A DNA stretch of 32,000 bases from Halogeometricum borinquense DSM 11551 (GCF_000172995.2 NC_014729.1:270001-302000); one strand, 5' to 3'; shown: positions 17,011 through 26,102, numbered from the stretch's first letter. The notes: generated by a model from the sequence alone, not told the origin. A program made the numbers and translations.

Positions 17011-18623
17011 TACGAGACGACGACATTGAGACCGACGCGTCGGTACGCGAGGACGCCCGCACAGACGGGGGTACCTCCGCAGAAGGAGCAGACGACGTAG
17101 CGCTCGACCCGTGGGGTTCCTCGACCATCTCGGACTACCGTAAACTGTTCGAGGAGTTCGGCATCGAGGAGTTCGACGAGGTGCTGTCGGACGTTCCGAA
17201 CCCCCACTACCTGATGCGCCGCGGTGTCATCTTCGGCCATCGAGACTACCGCCCCGTTGCGGAGGCGATGCGCGACGGCGACCCGTTCGCCGTCCTTTCG
17301 GGGTTCATGCCGACGGGCGACCCCCACATCGGACACAAACTCGTCTTCGACGAGATCATCTGGCACCAACAGCAGGGCGGCGATGCGTACGGTCTCATCG
17401 CCGACCTCGAAGCCCACTCCGCGCGCGGCATGACGTGGGAGGAAATCGACAAGCACGCGCGCGATTACCTCCTCTCACTTCTTGCGCTCGGGTTCGACCC
17501 AGAGGAGGGCGAACTCTACCGGCAGTCGGACAACCGCCAACTGCAGGATCTCAGCTTCGAACTCGGGTCGAAAGCGAATTTCTCGGAGTTCGAGGCGATC
17601 TACGGCTTCGACAGCGGGACGAACGTCTCGCACTTACAGTCGGTCGTCACGCAGATGGCCGACATCCTCTACCCGCAGTTGGACGAACCCAAACCGACGG
17701 TCATTCCGGTCGGTCCGGATCAGGACCCGCACGTGCGTCTCGCACGCGACCTCGCCGCACGGATGCGCTTTTTCAAGGTCACAGAGGCGTACGCGAGCTT
17801 CGAACTCACGGACGCGGAACGCGATCTCGTCGCCAGCCTCTACGAGACGCTTGACCCGGCTGATTTCGACGACGACGACCTGCGCTGTGTCCACGTCGCG
17901 CAGTTCCTCGACGGCGTCACGCCCGAAGAACTCGACGTCGTCGTCGACGCCGAGACGATTTCCTCCGCGCAGACGAAACTCAACGAAGCGGGCATGGAAC
18001 CGCTTCGCCCGCGCGTTCGGTTCCTCGACGCCAACGCCACCGACGAGGCGTTCGACGCTCTCGTGGAGGCTATCGACGGCGAGAAACGCCGCTACGACGA
18101 ACATATCGACGCCTTCGATCTCTCGTTCGAGGCGGCTGACGAACTGGCCCGTGAAGTGGAGGTCGAACACGGCGGCTACGGATTTGTCGCGCCGTCGTCC
18201 ATCTACCACCGCTTCATGACCGGTCTGACGGGCGGGAAGATGTCCTCGTCAATTCCTGCGAGTCACATTTCGCTCTTGGACGACCCCGAGGACGGCTACA
18301 ACAAGGTAAAATCGGCCACGACCGGTGGCCGCGAGACGGCCGAGAAACAGCGCGAACTCGGCGGTGAGGCGGACAAATGTCCGGTTTACGAACTGTACGC
18401 CTACCTCCTGTCGGGCGACGACGACGAGTTCGCCAAAGAAGTGTACGACGAGTGCGTCGGTGGCGAACGCCTCTGTGGCGGGTGCAAAGAGCAGGCGGCT
18501 GAACTCATGCGCGCGTTCCTCGAAGACCATCAGGAGAAACGCGAAGAGATGGAGGAACTGCTGGACGACCTCGACATCTCCACCGACTCGCAGCGCCGCG
18601 GTGTCGCCCCCAGCGACGACTGA
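17007..18623 (+). CDS. trpS: tryptophan--tRNA ligase (long haloarchaeal form)
   Basis: 538 aa. HIGH-type motif TGDPHIGH, GPDQDPH, KMSKS-type motif KMSSS. The ATG overlaps the endA stop (ATGA, 17007-17010). Confidence 0.92.
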   Translation: MIRDDDIETDASVREDARTDGGTSAEGADDVALDPWGSSTISDYRKLFEEFGIEEFDEVLSDVPNPHYLMRRGVIFGHRDYRPVAEAMRDGDPFAVLSGFMPTGDPHIGHKLVFDEIIWHQQQGGDAYGLIADLEAHSARGMTWEEIDKHARDYLLSLLALGFDPEEGELYRQSDNRQLQDLSFELGSKANFSEFEAIYGFDSGTNVSHLQSVVTQMADILYPQLDEPKPTVIPVGPDQDPHVRLARDLAARMRFFKVTEAYASFELTDAERDLVASLYETLDPADFDDDDLRCVHVAQFLDGVTPEELDVVVDAETISSAQTKLNEAGMEPLRPRVRFLDANATDEAFDALVEAIDGEKRRYDEHIDAFDLSFEAADELAREVEVEHGGYGFVAPSSIYHRFMTGLTGGKMSSSIPASHISLLDDPEDGYNKVKSATTGGRETAEKQRELGGEADKCPVYELYAYLLSGDDDEFAKEVYDECVGGERLCGGCKEQAAELMRAFLEDHQEKREEMEELLDDLDISTDSQRRGVAPSDD

Positions 18624-18673
18624 CGGGCGACTGTGGCGACGACTGACGGGCGACTGTGGCGACGACTGACGGC
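18613..18673. repeat. 23-nt tandem direct repeat, 2.65 copies (gcgacgactgacgggcgactgtg)
   Basis: Copies at 18613-18635 and 18636-18658 are identical. A partial third copy spans 18659-18673. Copy 1 contains the last three codons and the stop codon of trpS. Confidence 0.9.
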
Positions 18674-18681
18674 CACTTCTG

Positions 18682-19650
18682 TTACAGTTCGACGACCGTT
18701 CCGACTCCGTCCGTTTCTGCCCGTTCGTACAGATACCCTGCCGTCACCGCGTCCAGCACCGCCGACCCGACGCTGGCGACGACGACTATCTCAGCGTCGT
18801 TTTCTCTGCCCGTGCCTGCCTCGAACACGTCGGAAAACGGCGTGAGATCCGTCGCATCCACGCCGACGTACGCGAAGTCGCCCGTCTCAGCCACTTCCTC
18901 GGGCACGTCTGCGAACAGGCGGCTCGCACGCCGGACCGTCTCAGAATCCAGTTCACGCATTGATTCTGTGAACGCGCCGATAGCGACGACGAGCGTTCCC
19001 GGTTCGAGTCGCGCACCGTCGAACACCGGTTCGGTACTGGTCGTCGCCGTGACGACGACGTTCGATCCGTCGAGTACTGGATCGGGTGATTCGACCGCTG
19101 ACACGGCAACGTCCGAGAGTCGCTCGCGGAGATCCGAAGCACACTGCGCACGCGATTCGGAGGGTGCGTAGATTCGGACCCGTTCGAGATTCGTTGCCGA
19201 CGCGATAGCGCGCGTCTGCCACCGCGCCTGTGCGCCCGCGCCGAACACACCGAGTCTGACGGGCGCGTCCGCGAGTTCGCGGGCCGCAAGGCCGCCGATG
19301 CATCCCGTTCTGGCGTTTGTTACGCGCGTCCCCGCGAGGTACGCGCGCGGAAGACCAGTTTCGGCGTCGGTGACGGCAATCTGTGCGTTCACTGTCGGGA
19401 GTCCTTTTTCGGCGTTCGACTCGTGGACGGCGGCGAGTTTCGTCGCGTACGTCGGATCGCCGTGGACGTACGCGGGCATCGTCAGCGCGGTTCCGGGCGT
19501 CTCCGTCCCGACTGGGTAGTGCGGACGCGGTGGCCGCTCGACCTCGCCGCGACCCTGCTTTAGGAACGCTCGTTCGATCTCGGGCAGGAGATCCGACAGC
19601 GAGAGCAACGAGGCGACCTGTTCGTCGGAGAGAACGCGGACATCGGCCAT
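18682..19650 (-). CDS. ornithine cyclodeaminase / mu-crystallin family protein
   Basis: 322 aa. MADVRVLSDEQVASLLSLSDLLPEIERAFLKQGRGEVERPPR N-terminus and a Rossmann segment LGVFGAGAQARWQ, typical of the OCD/mu-crystallin family. Confidence 0.8.
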   Translation of the reverse strand: MADVRVLSDEQVASLLSLSDLLPEIERAFLKQGRGEVERPPRPHYPVGTETPGTALTMPAYVHGDPTYATKLAAVHESNAEKGLPTVNAQIAVTDAETGLPRAYLAGTRVTNARTGCIGGLAARELADAPVRLGVFGAGAQARWQTRAIASATNLERVRIYAPSESRAQCASDLRERLSDVAVSAVESPDPVLDGSNVVVTATTSTEPVFDGARLEPGTLVVAIGAFTESMRELDSETVRRASRLFADVPEEVAETGDFAYVGVDATDLTPFSDVFEAGTGRENDAEIVVVASVGSAVLDAVTAGYLYERAETDGVGTVVEL

Positions 19651-19729
19651 GTCATCCCGTTCGACGCGGCGGTGAATCGTTCTTCCGCCCGTGGGTGAGA
19701 TTCATACGCACTGCTGACGAAGCGCGGTC

Positions 19730-20884
19730 ATGCACATCGTAATCGTCGGCGGGGGCGTCGTCGGACTCTCATGCGCGCACGCACTCGCCGAGCGCGACGC
19801 GAACGTGACCGTCTGCGAGGCCGGAACACTCGGTGGCGGCAGTACCGGACGGGCGGCCGGTGGGATTCGAATGCAGTTCTCGACGCCCGTGAACGTTGAT
19901 CTCTCCGTCGCCAGTGTTCCCGTTTGGGAGTCGTTCGAGGAGCGATTCGGCGTCGATATCGACTATCGGAAGAACGGGTATCTGTTCCTCGCGCGCGAGG
20001 CCGAGACCGCTGACGACTTCGAGTCAAACGTCGAGATGCAGACCGCTCGGGGTGTTCCAAGTCGCACCCTCTCACCGGCGGACGCAGCCGAACTCTGTCC
20101 TGAACTCCACACCGAGGAGTTCGTGGCGGCGACGTACTGCCCCGAGGACGGCGTCGCGGACCCGCACTCGGCGGTACAGGGCTACTCGCAAGCCGTGACT
20201 GACGCGGGCGTGGACGTGCGGACGAACACACCCGTGACCGGCCTCGACCGCGAGGAGAACGAGAACCGCTGGCGCGTCGAGACACCGGACGAGACGCTGA
20301 CGGCCGACTACATCGTGAACGCCGCCGGAGCGTGGGCACGACGTGTCGGACGATTCGCCGACGTGGAGTTACCCATCGCACCGCGCCGCCGACAGGCCGC
20401 CGTCGTCGAACCCGAACGGGAACTCGACGCGATGCACCCGCTCACCATCGACCTCGATAGCGGCGCGTACTTCCGACCCGAACGCGAGGGAACAGCACTC
20501 GTCGGCGGCCACTTCGCTGACTCAGACCCCGACGTTGATCCCGACGACTTCTCGGAGTCGGCTGACTTGGACTGGACCATCGAAGCGGTCGAACGCGCCG
20601 CGGACGTTGCGGGCTACTTCGGTCCCGAGACGCGCGTCCGAAACGGCTGGGCGGGTCTGTACGCGGTCACCCCTGACCACCACGCCGTCGTGGACGAGGT
20701 TCGACCGGGTTTCGTCGTCGCTGCCGGATTTTCAGGGCACGGCTTCCAACACGCGCCCGCGACGGGCCAGTGTGTTGCGGAACTGTGTCTCGACGGCGCG
20801 GCGTCCCACGTGGATATCTCGTCGCTGTCGCTGGACCGGTTCGAGGGCGACGAGACGGGATTGGTCGAACGAAACGTGGCCTGA
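19730..20884 (+). CDS. FAD-dependent oxidoreductase (DAO / sarcosine-oxidase-beta-like family)
   Basis: 384 aa. N-terminal dinucleotide fold HIVIVGGGVVGLSCAHALAERDANVTVCE and a C-terminal AGFSGHGFQHAPATG motif. Confidence 0.85.
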   Translation: MHIVIVGGGVVGLSCAHALAERDANVTVCEAGTLGGGSTGRAAGGIRMQFSTPVNVDLSVASVPVWESFEERFGVDIDYRKNGYLFLAREAETADDFESNVEMQTARGVPSRTLSPADAAELCPELHTEEFVAATYCPEDGVADPHSAVQGYSQAVTDAGVDVRTNTPVTGLDREENENRWRVETPDETLTADYIVNAAGAWARRVGRFADVELPIAPRRRQAAVVEPERELDAMHPLTIDLDSGAYFRPEREGTALVGGHFADSDPDVDPDDFSESADLDWTIEAVERAADVAGYFGPETRVRNGWAGLYAVTPDHHAVVDEVRPGFVVAAGFSGHGFQHAPATGQCVAELCLDGAASHVDISSLSLDRFEGDETGLVERNVA

Positions 20885-21004
20885 CGGTTACCCCTGACAC
20901 CGCGTGAATGACAGTTTGTGGCATGGATTCGGAACCGTTTTGTCCCGCGACTCGCATCGTTCGACTATGCCGACCGGACCCACCGACGGCGGAGGCGTCG
21001 CGTA

Positions 21005-21041
21005 CGAACCGACCGCAACCGATGGGTTCGGCTTTTTCTTT
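21005..21041 (+). terminator. 6-bp hairpin (cgaacc/ggttcg) followed by a T5-C-T3 run
   Basis: Stem at 21005-21010 and 21025-21030, T-run at 21033-21041. About 120 nt downstream of the oxidoreductase stop. Oligo-T is the usual archaeal termination signal. Confidence 0.35.
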
Positions 21042-21219
21042 CGGGTCGCCTGACGAGGGCGGTGGACCCACCATCGGCCGTCGAAGCGGCACATCTCCGC
21101 TTTGGTGGTCGCGGGGGACGAAACCGTCCGGACCGACCCGACGCGGGTGTTCCCGCATCTTCGGAACTGCTAACTGACTTACGGTCGGTAGACGCGACAA
21201 CGACCGACGCGAATCTCAA

Positions 21220-22731
21220 ATGAAACTACCCGAATCACAGGTCGCGGTGTTGAACGCCGCGAGTGCGACAGATGCAACGACTATCGGCAGTCTCGCCGAG
21301 GAGACGGGGCTGAAACCGGAGACGGTGACGCAGGCCGCCTTCGAACTCCGGGACGACGGCTACGTCACCGTCGAAGAACGCGAGGAAGTCGAATACGAAC
21401 TGACCGAGGAGGGCCGCCAATACGTCGAGGACGGCCTTCCCGAGGTTCGACTCTACCGCGCGGCCGTGGACGCCGGCGCGACGGCCGACCCAGTCCAGAT
21501 GGGGCAGGTCATCGGCGCGTCCGGCCTTGGCGGCCCCGAAGTGGACATCGCCCTTGCCAACTTCGGCCGGAAGGGCTACGGCTCTATCGACAGCGGTGAA
21601 CTCGCCGCCGACGCGGACGCCGATGCCGAGAATGACCCCGAATCGACGGTTCTGACGACGCTTGCGGACGGTGAGGCGGTCGAAGACGCTGACGAGGAGA
21701 CACTCGACCAACTCGTCTCGCGGAACCTCGTCGAACGCCACGAGGAGACGGTTCGTTCTGTCACTCTCACCGACGACGGCGTCACGCTCCTCATGGAGGG
21801 TGTCGAGACGGCGGAGACGGTGGACCGTCTCACGCCCGAGATGCTCACTTCCGGTGAGTGGGAGGACGTGGAGTTCACCGAGTACAACGTCGAAGCCGAC
21901 GCACCTGAGGTACGAACCGGGAAGACACACATCCTGCGGCAGACCGCAGACAGAGTCAAAGACGTACTCGTCGGCATGGGCTTTCAGGAAATGGAAGGCC
22001 CGCACGCCGACGCAGACTTCTGGATCAACGACTGTCTGTTCATGCCGCAGGACCATCCGGCACGGACCCACTGGGACCGCTTCGCCCTCGATGTACCGCC
22101 TATCGAGGACGTGCCCGAGGACCTCGTAGACCGGGTCGAAGACGCCCATCGGAACGGTGTCGGCCCGGACGGCGACGGCTACCACTCGCCGTGGTCCGAG
22201 GACTTCGCACGCGCGATTGCCCTTCGCGGTCACACCACGTCGCTGTCGATGCGCTATCTCTCGGGACACGAAGTCGGCGACCTCGAATCGCCGCAGCGGT
22301 ACTTCTCCGTCGAGAAAGTGTACCGTAACGACACACTGGACCCGACGCACCTGCTCGAATTCTACCAGATCGAGGGCTGGGTGATGGCCGATGATCTGTC
22401 CGTCCGCGACCTGATGGGGACGTTCGAGGAGTTCTACGAGCAGTTCGGAATCACGGACATCCAGTTCAAACCGCACTACAACCCCTACACGGAGCCGTCG
22501 TTCGAGCTGTTCGGACGGCACCCCGAGACGGGTGAACTCATCGAAATCGGTAATTCGGGTATGTTCCGCGACGAGGTACTCGAACCGCTGGGCGTCGAGT
22601 GTGACGTGATGGCGTGGGGCCTCGCCTTGGAACGCCTCTTGATGCTTATGTACGGCTTCGACGACATCCGCGACGTGCACGGAACGATGAGCGATCTCGA
22701 ACTCCTCCGCGAAGTGGAGGTGCTTCGATAA
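21220..22731 (+). CDS. pheS: phenylalanine--tRNA ligase alpha subunit
   Basis: 503 aa. Archaeal-type N-terminal winged-helix repeats and a class II core (HPARTHWDRF, LRGHTTS, YFSVEKVYRND, GNSGMFRDEV, AWGLALERL). Confidence 0.93.
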   Translation: MKLPESQVAVLNAASATDATTIGSLAEETGLKPETVTQAAFELRDDGYVTVEEREEVEYELTEEGRQYVEDGLPEVRLYRAAVDAGATADPVQMGQVIGASGLGGPEVDIALANFGRKGYGSIDSGELAADADADAENDPESTVLTTLADGEAVEDADEETLDQLVSRNLVERHEETVRSVTLTDDGVTLLMEGVETAETVDRLTPEMLTSGEWEDVEFTEYNVEADAPEVRTGKTHILRQTADRVKDVLVGMGFQEMEGPHADADFWINDCLFMPQDHPARTHWDRFALDVPPIEDVPEDLVDRVEDAHRNGVGPDGDGYHSPWSEDFARAIALRGHTTSLSMRYLSGHEVGDLESPQRYFSVEKVYRNDTLDPTHLLEFYQIEGWVMADDLSVRDLMGTFEEFYEQFGITDIQFKPHYNPYTEPSFELFGRHPETGELIEIGNSGMFRDEVLEPLGVECDVMAWGLALERLLMLMYGFDDIRDVHGTMSDLELLREVEVLR

Positions 22732-24509
22732 TGCCGGTCGTTGACGTTCATCCCGACGAACTGCGGGACCTGACCGGTCACGAAGAGAAGTCTGACGAGG
22801 AGTTCAAAGACGACCTGTTCGCCCTCGGACTGGAGTTCGAAGGCGAGACCGAAGACGGCGCGTTCCAACTAGAGTTCGGTCCCGACAGACTCGACCGCCT
22901 CTCCGTCGAAGGCGTCGCCCGGTCGCTTCGTTACCAGTACGGCGACGCACGCGGCGTCTACGTGCCGAAGACGAACGATCCCGACTTCACGTTCGTCGTT
23001 GACGAAGACGTTCCAGACGAACGGCCGTACGTCACCGGCGCCGTCATCCGCGGCGTGGACTTAGACGACGACGCTCTCGACTCGCTCATCCAATTGCAGG
23101 AGAAACTGCACGCGACGATGGGCCGAAAGCGCGCGAAAGGCGCTATCGGCATCCACGACCTGACGATGCTGAAGGGTGATGCCCTGAGCGAAGACTCCGA
23201 CGGTAACTCTATCACCTACACGGGTATCGACCCCGAGGGCGACACGTTCGTCCCGCTCGATGCCGACGCGGAGATGACGCCCGCGCGAGTCCTCGAAGAA
23301 CACCCGACTGGCCAGACGTACGCCGACCTCGTGTCCGAGTACGAACGCTATCCGGCCATCTACGACGAACTCGGTCTGTTCTCGTTCCCGCCAGTCATCA
23401 ACGGCCGCCGGACCGAGGTTACGACCGACTCGCGGGAACTCCTCGTCGAACTCACCGGCACGGACCAGTGGACGATCGACCGGATGTGCAACATCATCTG
23501 CTACGCCCTCGACGCGCGCGGCGCGACGATCGAGGCGGTCGAAGTCGAGTATCCCGACGGGACCTATGTCCGTCCCGACTTCGAGGTGGAGACGAAGCAC
23601 GTCTCGCACGACCGCATCGAGACGATGCTCGGCGTTGATCTCGAACCACGCGAGGTCGTTGACTTGTTCGAACGTTCCGGCCTCGATGCGGACGCCGACG
23701 ACGGTGCCGACGCAGGCGACGGAAGCGACACCACCGAGGCGGGTGGCGAGAACGCGACCGATGCCGAGAGCGACGACCTCGTCTACGAGGTGTCGATTCC
23801 GCCGTATCGCGTGGACGTGCTCCATCCGCTCGACCTCGTGGACGACGTGGGCCGTGCGTACGGATTCAACGAACTCCAACCGCGCTACCCCAACGTGGGC
23901 ACGGTCGGCGGGCGACACGAACGCTCCCGTCTGGAAGACGCCGCCCGCAACTCGCTCGTCGGACTGGGCTTCGAGGACATGCTCAATTTCCACATGACGA
24001 GCGAGGAGGAGGTGTACGACCGGATGGGCATCGAAGCCGGATCAGAGGTCCTTGGCGGCGGCGACACCGCGGAGATAACCGGTCCGTACAGCGAGGACTA
24101 CACCATCCTCCGGACGTGGGCGCTTCCCTCGCTGATGATGGTGCTGGAAAACAACACCCACCGCGCGTACCCGCAGGACCTCGCCGAAATCGGTCTGGTT
24201 GCCGAACGCGACGACTCAGTGAACACGCGCGTGGACGAACGGCGGCACGTCGCGGGCGTCCTCGCACGTCACGATGCGACGTTCGAGGACGCGAAGGCAC
24301 GTCTCCAGTCGCTCTGCCGCGACTTCGGTGCGGAACTGAAGACGCCAGCGACCGATCACCCATCGTTTATCGACGGCCGTGCGGCGAGCGTCGTCGTGGA
24401 CGGTGAAAACGTGGGCGTCGTCGGTGAGATTCACCCCCGCGTCCTCGTGGAACACGACCTCGAACTCCCCGTCGCGGCGTTCGAGTTCGACCTCGACGCG
24501 CTCCGCTAG
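22731..24509 (+). CDS. pheT: phenylalanine--tRNA ligase beta subunit
   Basis: Starts MPVVDVHPDELRDLTGH at the ATG sharing one nt with the pheS stop (TAATG). 592 aa of archaeal beta-subunit type. The track ORF start at 22614 is an upstream extension inside pheS. Confidence 0.92.
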   Translation: MPVVDVHPDELRDLTGHEEKSDEEFKDDLFALGLEFEGETEDGAFQLEFGPDRLDRLSVEGVARSLRYQYGDARGVYVPKTNDPDFTFVVDEDVPDERPYVTGAVIRGVDLDDDALDSLIQLQEKLHATMGRKRAKGAIGIHDLTMLKGDALSEDSDGNSITYTGIDPEGDTFVPLDADAEMTPARVLEEHPTGQTYADLVSEYERYPAIYDELGLFSFPPVINGRRTEVTTDSRELLVELTGTDQWTIDRMCNIICYALDARGATIEAVEVEYPDGTYVRPDFEVETKHVSHDRIETMLGVDLEPREVVDLFERSGLDADADDGADAGDGSDTTEAGGENATDAESDDLVYEVSIPPYRVDVLHPLDLVDDVGRAYGFNELQPRYPNVGTVGGRHERSRLEDAARNSLVGLGFEDMLNFHMTSEEEVYDRMGIEAGSEVLGGGDTAEITGPYSEDYTILRTWALPSLMMVLENNTHRAYPQDLAEIGLVAERDDSVNTRVDERRHVAGVLARHDATFEDAKARLQSLCRDFGAELKTPATDHPSFIDGRAASVVVDGENVGVVGEIHPRVLVEHDLELPVAAFEFDLDALR

Positions 24510-24735
24510 ACCGGCCAACGCCGTTCTTCGCTCGGCGCAGTTGTTTCTCTCTGCATCTGTTGCCCGTCTCACCGGCTCATCAGCGACGGTGCAAGCAAAA
24601 CTCGGTCCGCTTCCCGGACACGGAAATAGTGCTGTCTGAATATCCCGACATGTCTAGTTTTGAGGAAAATAACTCAAGAGAATCATGCATGATATAAAAT
24701 TATCTCCAGATATTTTCTATGGAATTAGGGAAACG

Positions 24736-24743
24736 TTTAGTAT
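24736..24743 (+). promoter_or_regulatory. TATA-box-like element (tttagtat) about 26 nt upstream of the ATG at 24765
   Basis: The spacing fits a leaderless transcript. It is embedded in a ~150-nt strongly AT-rich block. Confidence 0.4.
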
Positions 24744-24764
24744 CTCTTCGACTCGCTATCGTTC

Positions 24765-25967
24765 ATGAATGATTCTGATTACCAGTTTGAAACACTCGCG
24801 GTGACGCACGGCGAACGTCAACGTCCTGCCGAGGGTGTCGAGGACGTGGCTGTGCCCGTCCACCTCGCCTCGACGTTCGCGGTGCCCGAGATCGACCCCG
24901 ATGCGTCGCTGGAGTCGCTCGATCCCGACGCGGGCGAGTATCTCTACTCACGTCTCTCGAACCCGACGCGGAATGCGCTCGAACACCGTATCGCCGCGCT
25001 CTGTGGGGGCGATCACGCACTCGCATTCGCCTCGGGAACCGCAGCCATCGTGACCGCTATCTCGGCCGCCGTCCAACCCGGCGACCACATCGTCGCCTTC
25101 GATGACCTGTACGGCGGTACGAAGTCGATGCTCTCCGATCTTTTCGAGGATCGACTGAACGTCAGCGTCTCGCTCGTCGATGCGCGCGACACCGACACTG
25201 TCGCTGCCGCGATGCGCGAGGAGACATCGCTCGTCTGGATGGAGACGCCGACGAATCCGCTTCTCAGACTCTGTGACATCGAGGCTATCGCCGCTATCGC
25301 CGACGAATACGGAGCGACGTTCGGCGTAGACAACACGTTCGTCGGCCCGCACTTCCAGCGACCGCTCGAACTCGGCGCGGACGTGGTCGTCCACTCGACG
25401 ACGAAGTACCTGAACGGTCACTCCGATTCTATCGGTGGGGCGCTGGCGACGAACGACGAGGCGTACGCCGAGGAAATGACGTTCCTCCAGCGCGTCGGGA
25501 TGGGGAACATGCTCGCGCCGTTCGACGCGTACCTCACTCTGCGCGGACTGAAGACGCTCCCGCTTCGGATGGAGAAACACGCCTCGAACGCGCAGGCTGT
25601 TGCGGAGTTCCTCGCAGACCACCCAGCGGTCGAAGCGGTCCACTATCCGGGACTAGAATCACACCCGCAACACGACCTCGCCTCCCGGCAGATGTCGGGC
25701 TACGGCGGCGTCCTCTCTATCGAACTGGATACGGATTTAGACGGCGTCGCACGGTTCGTCGCCGCACTTGAACACTTCCCGCTGGCGGTCAGTCTCGGCG
25801 GCGTCGAGTCGCTCATCGAACATCCGGCCTCGATGACCCACTCACCGCTCTCGCAGGAAGAACGGGACATGCTCGGAATCACCGATAGTCTCCTGCGTCT
25901 CTCTGTCGGCGTCGAACACGAAGCAGACTTGCTCTCGGACCTTTCGGACGCCCTCGACGTTATCTGA
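24765..25967 (+). CDS. Cys/Met-metabolism PLP-dependent enzyme (cystathionine gamma-synthase/lyase or O-acylhomoserine sulfhydrylase family)
   Basis: 400 aa. YSRLSNPTR, the PLP-lysine motif STTKYLNGHSD and C-terminal LRLSVGVE, the family signature. Confidence 0.88.
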   Translation: MNDSDYQFETLAVTHGERQRPAEGVEDVAVPVHLASTFAVPEIDPDASLESLDPDAGEYLYSRLSNPTRNALEHRIAALCGGDHALAFASGTAAIVTAISAAVQPGDHIVAFDDLYGGTKSMLSDLFEDRLNVSVSLVDARDTDTVAAAMREETSLVWMETPTNPLLRLCDIEAIAAIADEYGATFGVDNTFVGPHFQRPLELGADVVVHSTTKYLNGHSDSIGGALATNDEAYAEEMTFLQRVGMGNMLAPFDAYLTLRGLKTLPLRMEKHASNAQAVAEFLADHPAVEAVHYPGLESHPQHDLASRQMSGYGGVLSIELDTDLDGVARFVAALEHFPLAVSLGGVESLIEHPASMTHSPLSQEERDMLGITDSLLRLSVGVEHEADLLSDLSDALDVI

Positions 25968-26102
25968 TCGAGTTCGACTCGGGTTTCACTCGCCGTCTGT
26001 CTTCGGACCGTCCGAGCATCGCTGTGTATCGTCACCTTCGGGCAGTCTGGCCCGTACAATCGAGTAACTTAACACGCCTTCCGGTGGTACAACGTTGCAA
26101 GA

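Noticed and set aside
20908-21223. ORFs of 68-101 aa in the pheS upstream spacer
   Set aside because: The translations are Arg/Pro/Gly-rich with runs such as RRRRRR, on both strands. This is consistent with random frames in GC-rich non-coding DNA.
21235-22680. 481-aa minus-strand ORF
   Set aside because: Antisense shadow of pheS, which has clear class II synthetase motifs on the plus strand.
22614-22730. Upstream extension of the pheT ORF
   Set aside because: It lies inside pheS in another frame. The canonical archaeal PheT N-terminus MPVVDV begins at 22731 with TAATG coupling.
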